NCBI GenBank assembly: GCA_951406725.2
Contig: OX597824.1
Coordinates: forward strand, 25,482,001-25,546,000
DNA: 64,000 bases
DNA from: Octopus vulgaris
Lineage: Eukaryota
Reading direction: 5' to 3'
The notes beneath the pieces are model-generated. The model had not been told where the DNA came from. It worked only from the letters and a program-made list of their open reading frames with translations, and searched no databases. Below are positions 25,500 through 38,051 of this stretch, piece by piece. Position 1 is the stretch's first letter, and every line of letters begins with the position of its first letter. The position numbers were made by a program, and so were the translations under genes.

Positions 25500-26310
25500 C
25501 TACAAAAGAAGTGCTGAGTGCAAAGGCAACCACTCTTCTTCACCTCCATCAACGTCACAAAGGCTTTTGACCTAGTCAGCAGAGATTGCCTGTTCAAAAT
25601 CCTTGCCAAAACTGGTTGCTCTCCAAGACTCATCAGGATTGTCCAATCGTTTCATGCAGATATAAAAGGCATCGTTTCATATAATGGCTGTTCTTTGAAG
25701 GCATTCATCATACGTATGGCGTGAAGCAGGGCTGTGAGTTTGCCCCCACCTTGTATGGTATCTTCTTTGCAGTCACACTGAAATAACAACTGAAGATGAT
25801 TATCTTCACACCAAATCAGATGGTAAACTGCTTAGTCTGTCGAGGCTGTAAGCAAAATCCAGAATGCACCAGGCACTCATCAGTGAAATGCTGTTCGCGG
25901 ACAACGCATCACTAACAACGCACACTGAAGAACAAATGCAGCACATCGTGGACAAACTCTCCAAGGTCTATCAGAAATACAGCCTGACTATCAGTCTGAT
26001 GAAGACCAAAGTACTGGGCCAAAGTGTCGAAAGCACAAGAACGACTTCATCTTCATTTCAAGGACGTCTGTAAGAGAGATATGAAGTCAATAGATCTGGA
26101 CCTCCTGAGATAGGAACAGTTCTCAAATGATCGGCCCCGCTGGAGACAATTACTGCTAATGGGAGTTAGCGAGTGGAAGAAAAAGGGACTCGGCACCAAA
26201 GAAAAGAGCACCTGACAGAAGCAGAAATCTCCTTCAAATACAATAGATGTATGCATGACTGCCACTGCCGTGTCAGCCTCTAAAGCTACAGTAGACGCTA
26301 GACCACTATT
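25500..26310 (+). mobile_element. RTE-clade LINE RT remnant
   Basis: TKAFDLVSR, GVKQGC.FAPTL, EMLFADN. Confidence 0.8.
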
Positions 26311-26371
26311 AGCAGCTGACGCGATTTCTTCGGGCGCAGATCCATGGAGTTTCGAAACCGATAGATGCCTG

Positions 26372-26467
<96 letters not shown>

Positions 26468-26531
26468 ATCGATAGATAAATAGATAGATAGACAGACAGA
26501 CAAACAGACAAACAGACAGACAGACAGACAA

Positions 26532-26564
<33 letters not shown>

Positions 26565-26668
26565 TAGATAGATAGATAGATAGATAGATACATACATACA
26601 TACATACATACATACATGCATGCATACATACATACATACATACATACATACATACATACATACATACA

Positions 26669-26700
<32 letters not shown>

Positions 26701-27361
26701 ACACTTTCATTTTCGTAAGAAAGATGACGATATACATGCTTCCTTTTTGTTCCCTTTTTAGTCTGATAATACAAAATTGTGTTACTAATATCATAATTAA
26801 TATCAACAATTAAGTGTATTTCGCTGAACGTGTCTGAGGACATCCTAGTGGAAAGTAGTGTCCGTTTGCAGGAAATATATTGCCTTGTCTATATTCATCA
26901 AGCAAACATTTAAGGTTTCTACATGTTCGCTTCAATTTGTCTAATGGTGGTCATAGATAGGTCCCGTGCTACGAATCTTCTGGCTCCAGCTCACTTATTC
27001 TTTGTTGTGTAGTTATCACTAAACCCGCGTATCTTACGCGCACCTCGGGTAAGTACAATATCTTCTTTTCATAAGTATTTCCTATTTTATTCAAAATATT
27101 TTAATAAGTGTACAGCAAGTAGTACACTTTCTCTTTTACTCTTTTACTTGTTTGACTGTGGCCATGCTGTAGCACCACCTTTTAGTCGAAGAAATAAACC
27201 CCTGGACTTATTCTTTGTAAGCCTGGTGCTTATTCTATCGGTCACTTCTGCCGCACCGCTAAGTTACGAAGACATAAACACGCCAACATCAGTTGTCAAG
27301 CAATGGTGGTGGAGGGACAAACGCAGACACAAACACACACATAAATTTATACATATATATA

Positions 27362-27599
27362 TTGGGTTGGTGCATAATTATTTCAGTTTTTTTCAACAAA
27401 TCTTTATCAACAAAAACAATATTTAACATTTAATATTTTAATGACGGTATGACCGTCTGCCAAGCAAATGGGAAGCAATAATTGAAGTAGATAGTCAATA
27501 TGATCCGAAATATTCATTTAAAGATGTTTTTCTTACATGTTGTTGTTTTTGCTGAATAAAATTTGCTGAAAAAGCCACAATAATTATGCACCAACCCAA
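27362..27599. mobile_element. Mariner-type MITE
   Basis: TIR TTGGGTTGGTGCATAATTATT / AATAATTATGCACCAACCCAA, flanked by TA. Confidence 0.8.
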
Positions 27600-27609
27600 T
27601 ATATATATA

Positions 27610-27701
<92 letters not shown>

Positions 27702-27814
27702 GTGTGTGTGTGTTGGTAAAGACGGTAAGATAACAAAAGAAAGAGACCTCAATACTAAGTAAATAGAGGAAATTTATCTGTAAAATAATATGTGACAATT
27801 ATTCGGTAGCCAAG

Positions 27815-27866
27815 ATAAAACTCTGAGTTTCGGATGCCGAGGTGGAAATCCAACCCATCTCTTCAG

Positions 27867-27870
<4 letters not shown>
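27815..27870 (-). ncRNA. Type-I hammerhead ribozyme motif
   Basis: Minus strand: ataa-CTGAAGA-gatg...catc-c-GAAA-ctc-a-gag-TT-ttat; stem I ataa/ttat; one extra C at the base of stem II. Confidence 0.65.
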
Positions 27871-27899
<29 letters not shown>

Positions 27900-27908
27900 C
27901 ACCAATCC

Positions 27909-27998
<90 letters not shown>

Positions 27999-28479
27999 CA
28001 GTTTCCGTCTACTAAATCCACTCACAAGGCTTTGGTCGAAGACACTTACCCAAGGTGCCACGCAGTGGCACTGAACTCGGAACCATAGAAGCTTCTTATC
28101 ACACAGTCACGCCTACATATAAGAGACTACTTGATTAAAGTAGAGAGTCTCGGGTTAGGGAAATAACACCATTGCGACTAATCGAAATGTAAGTGTAATG
28201 TGATGCTGGGCAAAGGAAAGGAAGTTTGAAATTGGATAATCAAAAATTCCTGAGCCTTTCTTGATTAAAGCAGACAGTTTGAGATCGAGAAGATAACAAA
28301 AGATTTGAAAACATTGTAAAAAGTAGGTAAAATCCAGCCTACATATGTTTCGTAGCTAGCAGATCCTCTGATATAATGATTACTAAACGAAGGGTACTCA
28401 GCCAGCTACTCATAGGACCGAAGATACCTTAATTATATGAAGGTTGCATCGTCGTCAAGGGATCCCAAGTTAACTCTCC

Positions 28480-29520
28480 AGAAATGTAATTCAAAATTTC
28501 ATATCAAAATGGTATATTCATTTCAATGATAAGAAATGTTTTATTTTTTAAAATCTTTAAAGCTAATATCAGGCCGATTGGCATTCATGGTGCGGTCTAC
28601 GTGTTCAGTAAAGTCCCTTAAAATTGTTGTGTCTTTTGCTTAGATTGCTGATAAGGAACGGTGTTTATGCCAGTTTTTCCTTGGTCTACATCGTAATGTT
28701 TGCATATTGTCCAGTGAATATATTGACCATCTTGATTATGCCTAGATTTATATTCATATAAAGCCAAAGTGGAGCATTCTGAAACTGTGTGATCTATCTT
28801 ACAGAGTTTTAAGGTCTTTAGACTGTGTTTCAATTATTTACATTCCGACTACATTGACTGGTGATAGGTTAACTGCATTTTCATTTTCTATATTATTCAC
28901 CTTTAGCTTTCTTCTGTACTTAACGTTTCTTTCTTTTCATTGCGGAGTGGAGTCTTTCCTTGTTTTTACGGTCTTTTACTTATATCATTATCCAGTCTCT
29001 GGTTTTGTTTGCATATGTTTTCATGCCAATCGTGGGTTTTTTTATAGGATAATTCAACTTGGTTTAGTTTGCCTTCCACCTTTTCTAGGCAGGTAGAGAT
29101 GGAGGCGAGCTGGCAGAAACGTTAGCACGTCGGGCGAAATGCTAAGCGGTATTTCGTCTGCCGTTACGTTCTGAGTTCAAATTCCGCCGAGGTCGACTTT
29201 GCCTTTCATCCTTTCGGGGTCGAGTAAATAAGTACCAGTTACGCACTGGGAGTCGATATAATCGACTTAATCCGTTTGTCTGTCCTTGTTTGTCTCCTCT
29301 GTGTTTAGCCCCTTGTGGGTAGTAAAGAAATAGGTGGAGATGGGCGGTCGATATCTGTCTTGGGATGGTACATTTCGGTGGCTGTGAGATGTTTTCGTGT
29401 TTTCCAGGTCATTCTCCAAAGTTCAGATAGGTTCCAATGTGACATTAAAACCATATTGCTTCACACTCATAGCAAAGGTATTAATAGTAACGCTACGATA
29501 TTTAGGGTTGATCTTAGTTT
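28480..29520 (-). mobile_element. R4/Dong-like LINE remnant interrupted by a SINE (29101-29332)
   Basis: DHTVSECSTLA..EYKSRHNQ..IHW, RPDI; SINE TSD aggt(a/g)gagatgg. Confidence 0.65.
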
Positions 29521-29551
29521 TCAGAATCAACCTTACTCTTGTGTAAAACTC

Positions 29552-29613
29552 TTTTTGGATCTCTTCTATTTTTTTCCTACTCAAGTCTTTCTATCTTTTT
29601 TTTTTCTATTTAG
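29552..29613 (+). promoter_or_regulatory. 3' splice acceptor upstream of GPCR paralog 2
   Basis: Long polypyrimidine tract ending ttctattTAG|aaaatacaccccaaaatcggaaaagaATG. Confidence 0.6.
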
Positions 29614-29639
29614 AAAATACACCCCAAAATCGGAAAAGA

Positions 29640-30869
29640 ATGTTGTCATTCACGGACTCAATGCAGAATAGAACCACAAACGGTACGGAATTTAATGTCA
29701 CCATCGAAGAACTCAACAGACAACAAGTTTTGATAAGACTTCCGTTTACTATTCTTATTGCATTAACTATGACCACAGGTTTTGTTGGAAACATTTTAAC
29801 TATTTACGTTTATGGATTCCGTTTGAAATTATCACCAACTTATTTCTTTGTCGTGATGCTGGCTTGTGCTGATTTGACCCTGTGTGTCTTTGTGACACCA
29901 GCTCGTATTGTCCAAAATGTTTATCCTATGATGACAATCTGGGATATATTGTGCAAGTTCCATTTGAGCCTATCAGTATTTACTGGACTTTGTAACTGTG
30001 GTTTTCTACTGGCCATTGCAACGGATAGATACAGAAAAGTATGCCAACCACTGAAGTCTCAGATAACAATGAAAGCTGCGAAAATCATCACAGCCTGTAT
30101 TTTTATTTTCTGTGCAATACAGGGAAGTATTGCTTTTATTTACTATGGAAGTATCAAGAAACCGACGAAATATCCAGGAATCTACAGCTATTCCTGCTCA
30201 GCAAAAAACTACAAGAAGCCAAATTATTATCAACTTGGGTTTTTTGCTTTCTACTTTCTCGTAGCAATGGTTACGTTTGTTGTTCTCGTAGTTCTGTACA
30301 CCATACTTCTTCGACATATGAAGGCGATGGAGAAAAAAACACATATCGAATCCCAACAAAATAAGGAAGTTGCTACAAGCATCCCCTGTCCCGATAAGAT
30401 TCGACAACATTTTTATAACGTACCAGAAACGGTTGATTCTAATCAATTACCTTCGAACGATTCTCTAGATGTAGTTGAATTGTCTGCTCCCGAAATGTCA
30501 TCTAAAGTTTCCTCGGATGAAATATCAAAGGTAAATACGGAAAGTATGGCACCTCGTATGACTAAATTACGAGAAGCGGACAAAGAAAGACGAGCAAAAG
30601 AACAAGCCGACAGGATAAAGCGTACCACTATAACGATGATGATGATTACAGTAGTCTTTATAGTAACTTATTTGCCCTGCATTACTACCTTGATAGTAAA
30701 CGCAGTTGTGAAATCACTAAGCTCGGTTTCGACAACAGCAGCTTTTTTCTATTGGTTTGCACGACATAGTTTTTACATCAGTTCTTGCTCAAATCCCATT
30801 GTTTACAGCTACAGGAACCAAAATTTTATAGACGAAATTAAAAAGATGTTTGGAGTAAAACGGAAATAA
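29640..30869 (+). CDS. Class A orphan GPCR, paralog 2, 409 aa, single coding exon
   Basis: Intact ORF with GN, LACAD, DRY, YLP and NPIVY motifs; colinear with paralogs 1 and 3. Confidence 0.93.
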   Translation: MLSFTDSMQNRTTNGTEFNVTIEELNRQQVLIRLPFTILIALTMTTGFVGNILTIYVYGFRLKLSPTYFFVVMLACADLTLCVFVTPARIVQNVYPMMTIWDILCKFHLSLSVFTGLCNCGFLLAIATDRYRKVCQPLKSQITMKAAKIITACIFIFCAIQGSIAFIYYGSIKKPTKYPGIYSYSCSAKNYKKPNYYQLGFFAFYFLVAMVTFVVLVVLYTILLRHMKAMEKKTHIESQQNKEVATSIPCPDKIRQHFYNVPETVDSNQLPSNDSLDVVELSAPEMSSKVSSDEISKVNTESMAPRMTKLREADKERRAKEQADRIKRTTITMMMITVVFIVTYLPCITTLIVNAVVKSLSSVSTTAAFFYWFARHSFYISSCSNPIVYSYRNQNFIDEIKKMFGVKRK

Positions 30870-31922
30870 AATAGGTCACATCAGTCCGAGATATGTAACG
30901 GATGCGAAAATTTACGAAACTAACAGACAATTCCCACAGAACAAATATTTCCAAATTCTTCTTCTTCTTCCTCCTCCTCCTCGTCCTCCTCGTCCTCCTC
31001 TCCCTCATCCTCTCCTTCCTCCTCTCCCTCCTCCTTCTCATCCATTTCTTCTTTTCTCTTCTGCTTGTTTTTTGTTCCCTCTAGTCTTCTTCTTCTTCTT
31101 CTTCTTCTTCTTTATCCTCTTCTTCTTCTCCCCCGTCTCCCCCCTCTCTCTCTCTCTCTCAGAGATACAGAAATCTGACATGCACACATCTAGACAAAGT
31201 GAGCAAGGCAGCAAATTAACAAAAATTTTCGAGCATCGAACAGAATGTATTGCAGTGCTTTATCAGTCTTTCTAATCTTTGAATTCAAACCCCGCCGGGT
31301 ACAGGTTTGCATTTCATTGTTTCGGCGTCGAGAAATGACACACCAATCAAGTACTGATATTTACTATCAGAATTTACTATCGTCAACAAGATGGTGGCCT
31401 GCAGAAAACGAAACGAAAGAAGTGAACGGAAAAACGCGTTCATATTACCCTGCAAAAATTGCATATCAATCGTCTTGATAAAGATTTCACATCATTTCGT
31501 TGAATGAATCCATTTTTTATATCCTCTATTTATTTTTCTTTCTTTTCTATGTTACTCTTCAACTTTGCGTAGGCTTATGAACAGGTATCGCCAAGCTTTT
31601 GGAAAAATTTGATGCAGATTCTCTACTCAACTTTCTCTGTCATGGTCAGTGCGACGATCACACGCTACACACCATCCTTCCAAGCACTGCTGTAAACAGC
31701 GGAAGTTAGCTAGAACGTTAAAACTTAGTGCACAGGGTTCAAGGTCAATCTGTGACAAGCGGCTTTACTCATCGTGCTTTAGCTTCGCTACTATGGCAAC
31801 AATCCGGAAACGCATTGACCAACCACTATCTATGTATGTATGTATGTATCTATCTATCTATCTATCTATCTATTTATCTATCTATTAGATAGAAAATATT
31901 TTATTGGGGAAACACACGGGTT

Positions 31923-31982
<60 letters not shown>

Positions 31983-31990
31983 AGAAAATT

Positions 31991-32298
31991 ATGAAAAAAC
32001 ACAGAAGCTTTGTTTTACAGGATTTAAAAATACATTAGAATCATGATACTAAAGATATTCTACAATTTTGTACAAAATGAGCTTTTGTTCTTTCAGTATA
32101 ATTGAAGTAATGACCAGTTTCGCATTTCTCATCAAGCTGAAAGTTGAGTAACTCTAAGCTTGATAAGCAATGCGAAACAGGCCCTTACTTCAATTATATT
32201 GAAAGAACAAAAAGCTTATTTTGTACAAAATTGTATAATATATTTATTATTGTCTCACATATACTCTTAAATCCTGTAACACAAAGCTTCTGTGTTTT

Positions 32299-32302
<4 letters not shown>
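31991..32302. repeat. Foldback (inverted repeat) element between (TA)n and (CT)n, degenerate hammerhead in each arm
   Basis: atgaaaaaacacagaagctttg...caaagcttctgtgtttttcat; arm consensus TTGATGA-gca-a-tgc-GAAA-CTG-GTC. Confidence 0.8.
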
Positions 32303-32351
<49 letters not shown>

Positions 32352-32670
32352 GAGTTAGTCTGATTTGAAAACCCCACTAGAATGGGAGAAAGCGCTAATA
32401 CATGATCTAAGTTATATGATATATAAAAAATGTAATATACAAATAAATATCTGTAGTACCTTTATATATATATATATAAAGTTAATCCAAACATGAAAGC
32501 ACAAAAAAAACACAACAACGCGAGGACGTGGAACAAATATAGTATTATTGGACGCTCAGGAAAGAAGGAGGGTTTAACGTTTCGAGCGGAGCTCTTTGTC
32601 GGAAACATAGGAGAAGGAAAGATCCAAAGAAGGGAAGACAGAGGAAAAAATCGCCAACGGTACACACGCA

Positions 32671-32736
<66 letters not shown>

Positions 32737-32753
32737 CCAAAAATTGGAAAAGA

Positions 32754-33106
32754 ATGTTGTCATTTACGGACTCAGTGCAGAATGGAACAACAAATGATAC
32801 GGAATTCAATGTTACCATCAAAGAACTCAGCAGACAACAAGTTTTGATAAGACTTTCCTTTACTATTCTAATTGCATTAACAATTCCCACAGGTTTTGTT
32901 GGAAACATTTTAATGCTGACTTGTGCTCATTTGGCCCCGTGCGCCTTTGTGACGCCATCTCGTATTGTAAAAATGTTTATCCTATGATAACAACGTGGGG
33001 CATAATATGCAAGTTCTATTTGGGTTTATCAGTTTTTACTGGACTATGTAACTAGATTTCTACTGTCCATTGCGGCAGATAGATATAGAAAAGTATGGCA
33101 ACCACT
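32754..33106 (+). pseudogene. Truncated GPCR pseudogene, closest to paralog 2
   Basis: MLSFTDS...GFVGNIL, then a 57-nt in-frame deletion (TIYVYGFRLKLSPTYFFVV missing), a 1-nt frameshift near 32968 and a further indel near 33053. Homology ends just after DRYRKV. Confidence 0.9.
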
Positions 33107-33196
33107 TTATTTCTTTAACATTTATTCTGAACTGTTATATTATGCTATCGCATTATGCAAGGTACACCATCATCATCATCATCATCCTGGCACATG

Positions 33197-33248
<52 letters not shown>

Positions 33249-33346
33249 CTTTTTATCTTATATTAAACTTTTTAATACTTTTTGATAGTTATATATATAA
33301 AAATTCTTAATAAAAAAAAAATATATATATGAATATATAGATATAT

Positions 33347-33381
<35 letters not shown>

Positions 33382-34169
33382 GATAGATAGATATAGATAT
33401 ATATATAAATAGAATATAAAAATTTATCAATATAAATTAATAATTTTAATTTTAAATTTAAATAATTTAAATTTTTAAACTTTTTATATATTTTGTATAT
33501 TATATTATTTATTTTTATTTTTATGTTTTGGTTTATGTTTTTCATTGTTTGATTTGCCCAATAGTGGTTTTATCTATAATTTAATTCATATATATATATA
33601 TGAGTTTGAAACTTCGAAATCAATATCAAGTCGTTCTAGTAAAAGTTTTATAAAGATATTTCATTTATTTCTTTAATGTTTATTTTATGTAAAATTATTT
33701 TTGTGTAAATCAGGTATTCAGGAAGAAAACTACTCACGCTCTTAAAAACTGTTATATTATGTTACCACCTTATGCAAAGTACATCATAATCCTGGCACAT
33801 GTTCAGACCACTGCCAGACGAAGGCCTCAGGATTTTCTCTAAACCAACTACGATCTGATGTTTACCGCATCCATATTTGGGTGCCAGAGAATTTAGTAAA
33901 GTCTTCCATTCCATCTTCTGAAAGTCACCCTTTCTTTTTCTGGGCGTGGTGTCTACTCTCTCAATTTTTTTTTCAAACTGTTATGATCTCAAAAAATCAG
34001 TAGTCTAGTGTAAATTTTTTGTTACCCTTTAATAAAAAATAAAAAACACACTACTATATTGTATATAATTTTCCACTAATAACCAGTTGTTCATAAAATA
34101 TATTATAGCAAACAAAATATTTAATTTATCTGTTCTGTTTATTTATTTAACATGTATACAAATTCAACT

Positions 34170-34222
<53 letters not shown>

Positions 34223-34263
34223 GATACATATGTTCACATATACATACATTCACACACACACAC

Positions 34264-34294
<31 letters not shown>

Positions 34295-34690
34295 TACATA
34301 CGTATATGTATACATATGTGTATACATATATATATACATGCATATACATATACATATATGCACGCCATCACACATATATACATAAATACACAAATACGCA
34401 TACATATATACATACACACATATATAGATATATATACACATATCCAGAAACACACACACACACACAAATCCATCATGTAAATTTCAGTACCCCAGTAGTA
34501 CTTTATTTACTCCTAACGATGAAAATAAAGAAAGAAGCAGAAAAAAAAAAAAAAGACTTCTACAGAACGCAAACTCATAAAATAGCGATAGACAGAATAT
34601 CATTAAGTGTTTTGCCCAGTCCACTACCGATCATGCCATTTCATCTTTTCAATTTACTAGGTAATAATACATATATTTATATACACACAC

Positions 34691-34744
<54 letters not shown>

Positions 34745-34747
<3 letters not shown>

Positions 34748-35104
34748 AAAATAGTAAAGTGTGAAAAAACGACAGAAGGCTTAAATGTTAAAAAATATAT
34801 ATATTTGTGTCAAAATGTCTGGAGAATATTGGAAAAATTTTTTTTTCCCTTTCCTTAAAATGACATAATTTTAAAATTTTTAAAGAAATTACCGGTTTCG
34901 CGTGTAGCTTTTCAAATTTCATAACGTCACAAGAAATTTGAAAAGCTACACGCGAAACCGGTAATTTCTTTAAAAATTTTTAAATTATGTCATTTTAAGG
35001 AAAGGAAAAAAATTTTTCCAATATTCTCAGACATTTTGACACAAATATATATATTTTTTAACATTTAAGCCTTCTGTCGTTTTTTCACACTTTACTATTT
35101 TCTT
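34745..35104. repeat. Near-perfect 360-bp palindrome (about 175-bp arms, 12-nt loop) at a (TA)n tract, with a hammerhead-like motif in each arm
   Basis: agaaaatagtaaagtgtg...cacactttactattttct; arm motif aagaaat-TTGAAAA-gc-tacac-gc-GAAA-CCGG-TA-atttctt at 34931-34970. Confidence 0.9.
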
Positions 35105-35143
35105 ATATATTCACCCACGTGCTTTACCAAACAAACTTTCTTA

Positions 35144-35219
<76 letters not shown>

Positions 35220-36004
35220 GGCTAAAACCATTAGGCGGATAACCATATGCCAGAAGAAGATTACATACGATCTAACTACAAAGAAAGAATGTTCTCCAGA
35301 GAAAATTCAACGAACGAAGGATTACGTAAGTAATTTATTCGGTAATAGACGAAACCGGTATACGATTAATTCTTAATTTTTATATAATTTTCATCTGTCT
35401 TGCTCGCCTATGTTCTGGTGTTCGCTGAATTTTCTTTGGAGAACATTATTTCTTTGTAGTTAGATCGCATGCAATCTTCTAGCATATGGTTATCCACCTA
35501 GTGGTTTTAGCCCTAAATATACACATCTATTGAAATTTTTTCTGATTTTTCAGATTTTTTATATGCTAGGCTACTGGTTTTAAATTGATATTAATTAAAT
35601 TAATCTCCCTCGTTATTTAAATACACACACACAAACACACACACAAACACACACATACACACACACACAACACACTCATATATATATATATATACATATA
35701 TGTGTGTGTACGTATCTATATGTATATATATATGCATATATACATATAGATACATATATATAGATATATTCACATATACATACATCTACAGATATCCCCA
35801 TATTCATAAATATTCACATATATATACATATATATATATATATATGGGTGTGTGTGATTGTGTATAGAAGAATATATTAATAAAAGGAATTCCAACCTTG
35901 TCTGATTTTCACGTTTTATTTACAATCTTATAATCATATATTATAAGATAATATATTATAATAGAATAAAATAAAATAGTAGAATGTTAAATGTTCATTC
36001 TGAT

Positions 36005-36049
36005 TGAACTAGTACTTTCATGCATTAAATTCTGCAATCTTCAGGTTCA
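36005..36049 (-). ncRNA. Minimal type-I hammerhead ribozyme motif
   Basis: Minus strand: tgaac-CTGAAGA-t-tgca-gaatttaa-tgca-t-GAAA-GTAC-TA-gttca; 5-bp stem I, palindromic AGUACU stem III. Confidence 0.75.
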
Positions 36050-36510
36050 TGTAGTAGTGGTGACAGTCATGCTTCACAATTTTTGACTGTAGCGAGATGA
36101 TTGAATCTGTGCTTTAAATACAGCTGTGTAGGCTCCAGATGCTAGGTTTTGCAAACTGTATTCTGACCAGTCAGTGTGTAGTATCACTCAATTACTTAAG
36201 CTGATTGGTTGGTTGAGCTGATTGGTTTAGGCGTCACGCTTTGTTGGACATGTCACGAGTCCTGTATCTTGACCTTGGCCGAAGCAGCAATTGTTGGGCT
36301 ATTTTTAGAAATGTTGTAAATAGCCTTTGTCAGAGATTTTTATATTTTTATATTTCAATTGTCATCATCATCATTGTCAGCACCTTAATTATTGTTGCTA
36401 GTGGTGATGGTGGTGGCAATAGAACTTTTAACCCTAAATAAGATAATTTTCCTGCTATCTTCATCTTGATCACCTTTAGTATTGTTGTTGTTGTTAGTGG
36501 TAATGACCAC

Positions 36511-36594
<84 letters not shown>

Positions 36595-36685
36595 AAAATT
36601 AGACAAGGTAGAAAATACTAAAATAATTTTATCATGAAGAACATTTTAGTAGTATTTCTACACACACACGCATATATATATATAT

Positions 36686-37700
36686 ATAAATGTAAGAGAG
36701 CGACCACTATGTGGTCTACTCTAGCACTAAAAATAGATCCATTGGGCTTCAGCCACATAAAAAATGTCTCCGGTGAATATTAGCACAACTACTGGCGCAG
36801 ACAGGGCAAATAAACATAACAAAAATTCAAATTAGTCCGGGACAATTGTTTCGCTATTAATAAATTAATAAATTATGTAATTTTACTCACATAATATACA
36901 TTTATTTGTAGCTCCTCGGCCGAACCCATTCAGAATACAATTAACTCGACCGCACGCTAGACTTCACCACCACGACAAACGCACGTGTGGTCCAGCCAAT
37001 TGCATTCGCTGCTATAGTTTAAGTGCCCCTGTCTTAGCCCGCCAACACTCACTGAAACAGATACTACATCCAAAATTAAATGTAGCATAGTTACAATCAA
37101 CCAATAAGGGTGAGAAATTTTTATACTAATTTAATAGTACATCCATTTAACACCTAGTGGCTTAGTGCATATAAAACCCGAATTTTCATACATTTTATAT
37201 ATAAATATAAGAGAGCGACCACTATGTGGTCTACTCTAGCACTAAAAATAGATCCATTGGGCTTCAGCCACATAAAAAATGTCTCCGGTGAATATTAGCA
37301 CAACTACTGGCGCAGACAGGGCAAATAAACATAACAAAAATTCAAATTAGTTCGGGACAATTGTTTCGCTATTAATAAATTAATAAATTATGTAATTTTA
37401 CTCACGTAATATACATTTATTTGTAGCTCCTCAGCCGAACCCATTCAGAATACAATTAACTCGACCGCACGCTAGACTTCACCACCACGACAAACGCACG
37501 TGTGGTTCAGCCAATTTTTTATGTGGCTGAAGCCCAATGGATCTACTTTTAGTGCTAGAGTAGACCACATAGTGGTCGCTCTCTTATATTTATATATAAA
37601 ATGCATGAAAAATCCGGGTTTTATATGCACTAAGCCACTAGGTGTTAAATGGATGTACTATTAAATTAGTATAAAAATTTCTCACCCTTATTGGTTGATT
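36686..37700. repeat. 515-bp tandem unit (about 1.6 copies) ending in an inverted copy of 37095-37280
   Basis: ataaat(g/a)taagagagcgaccac at 36686 and 37201; 37514-37700 is the reverse complement of 37095-37280; (TA)n on both sides. Confidence 0.9.
37350..37440 (-). ncRNA. Type-I hammerhead ribozyme, canonical core; second copy at 36835-36925 with CCGAGGA core
   Basis: Minus strand: gttcgg-CTGAGGA-gcta...tagc-GAAA-CAATTG-TC-ccgaac; 6-bp stem I, GUC cleavage triplet, palindromic ACAAUUGU stem III. Confidence 0.85.
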
Positions 37701-37984
37701 ATCTATATATATATATATATATATTAAATTAGAGATAAAACCGCTATTAGGGAAATCAAACAGTGAAAATCATTTTGAATTTTATATATATATATTTTTT
37801 TATTTACTAATTTTATTTCTATGTGTTGGTTTATGATTTTCACTGTTTGATTTGCCTAACAGTGGTTTTATCTCTAATTTAATATATATATTTATACTAT
37901 AAAATTAGATTTAATCCTAAATCTAATTTTCCCTGTAAGTTTGGATTTACTCCCTAATATTATTATTATTATTATTATTATTAC

Positions 37985-38051
<67 letters not shown>

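Noticed and set aside
26826-26867. CTGAGGA...GAAA...GTC hammerhead-like string
   Set aside because: Stem II has only 2 bp, stem III is mismatched and stem I needs a bulge; could be chance.
32493-32987. 164-aa ORF fusing repeat sequence to a GPCR N-terminus
   Set aside because: Open only through (TA)n; the receptor part is deleted and frameshifted.
33240-33540. Extremely AT-rich block resembling organellar DNA
   Set aside because: No gene motifs; looks like degenerate or poorly polished (TA)n plus a foldback arm.
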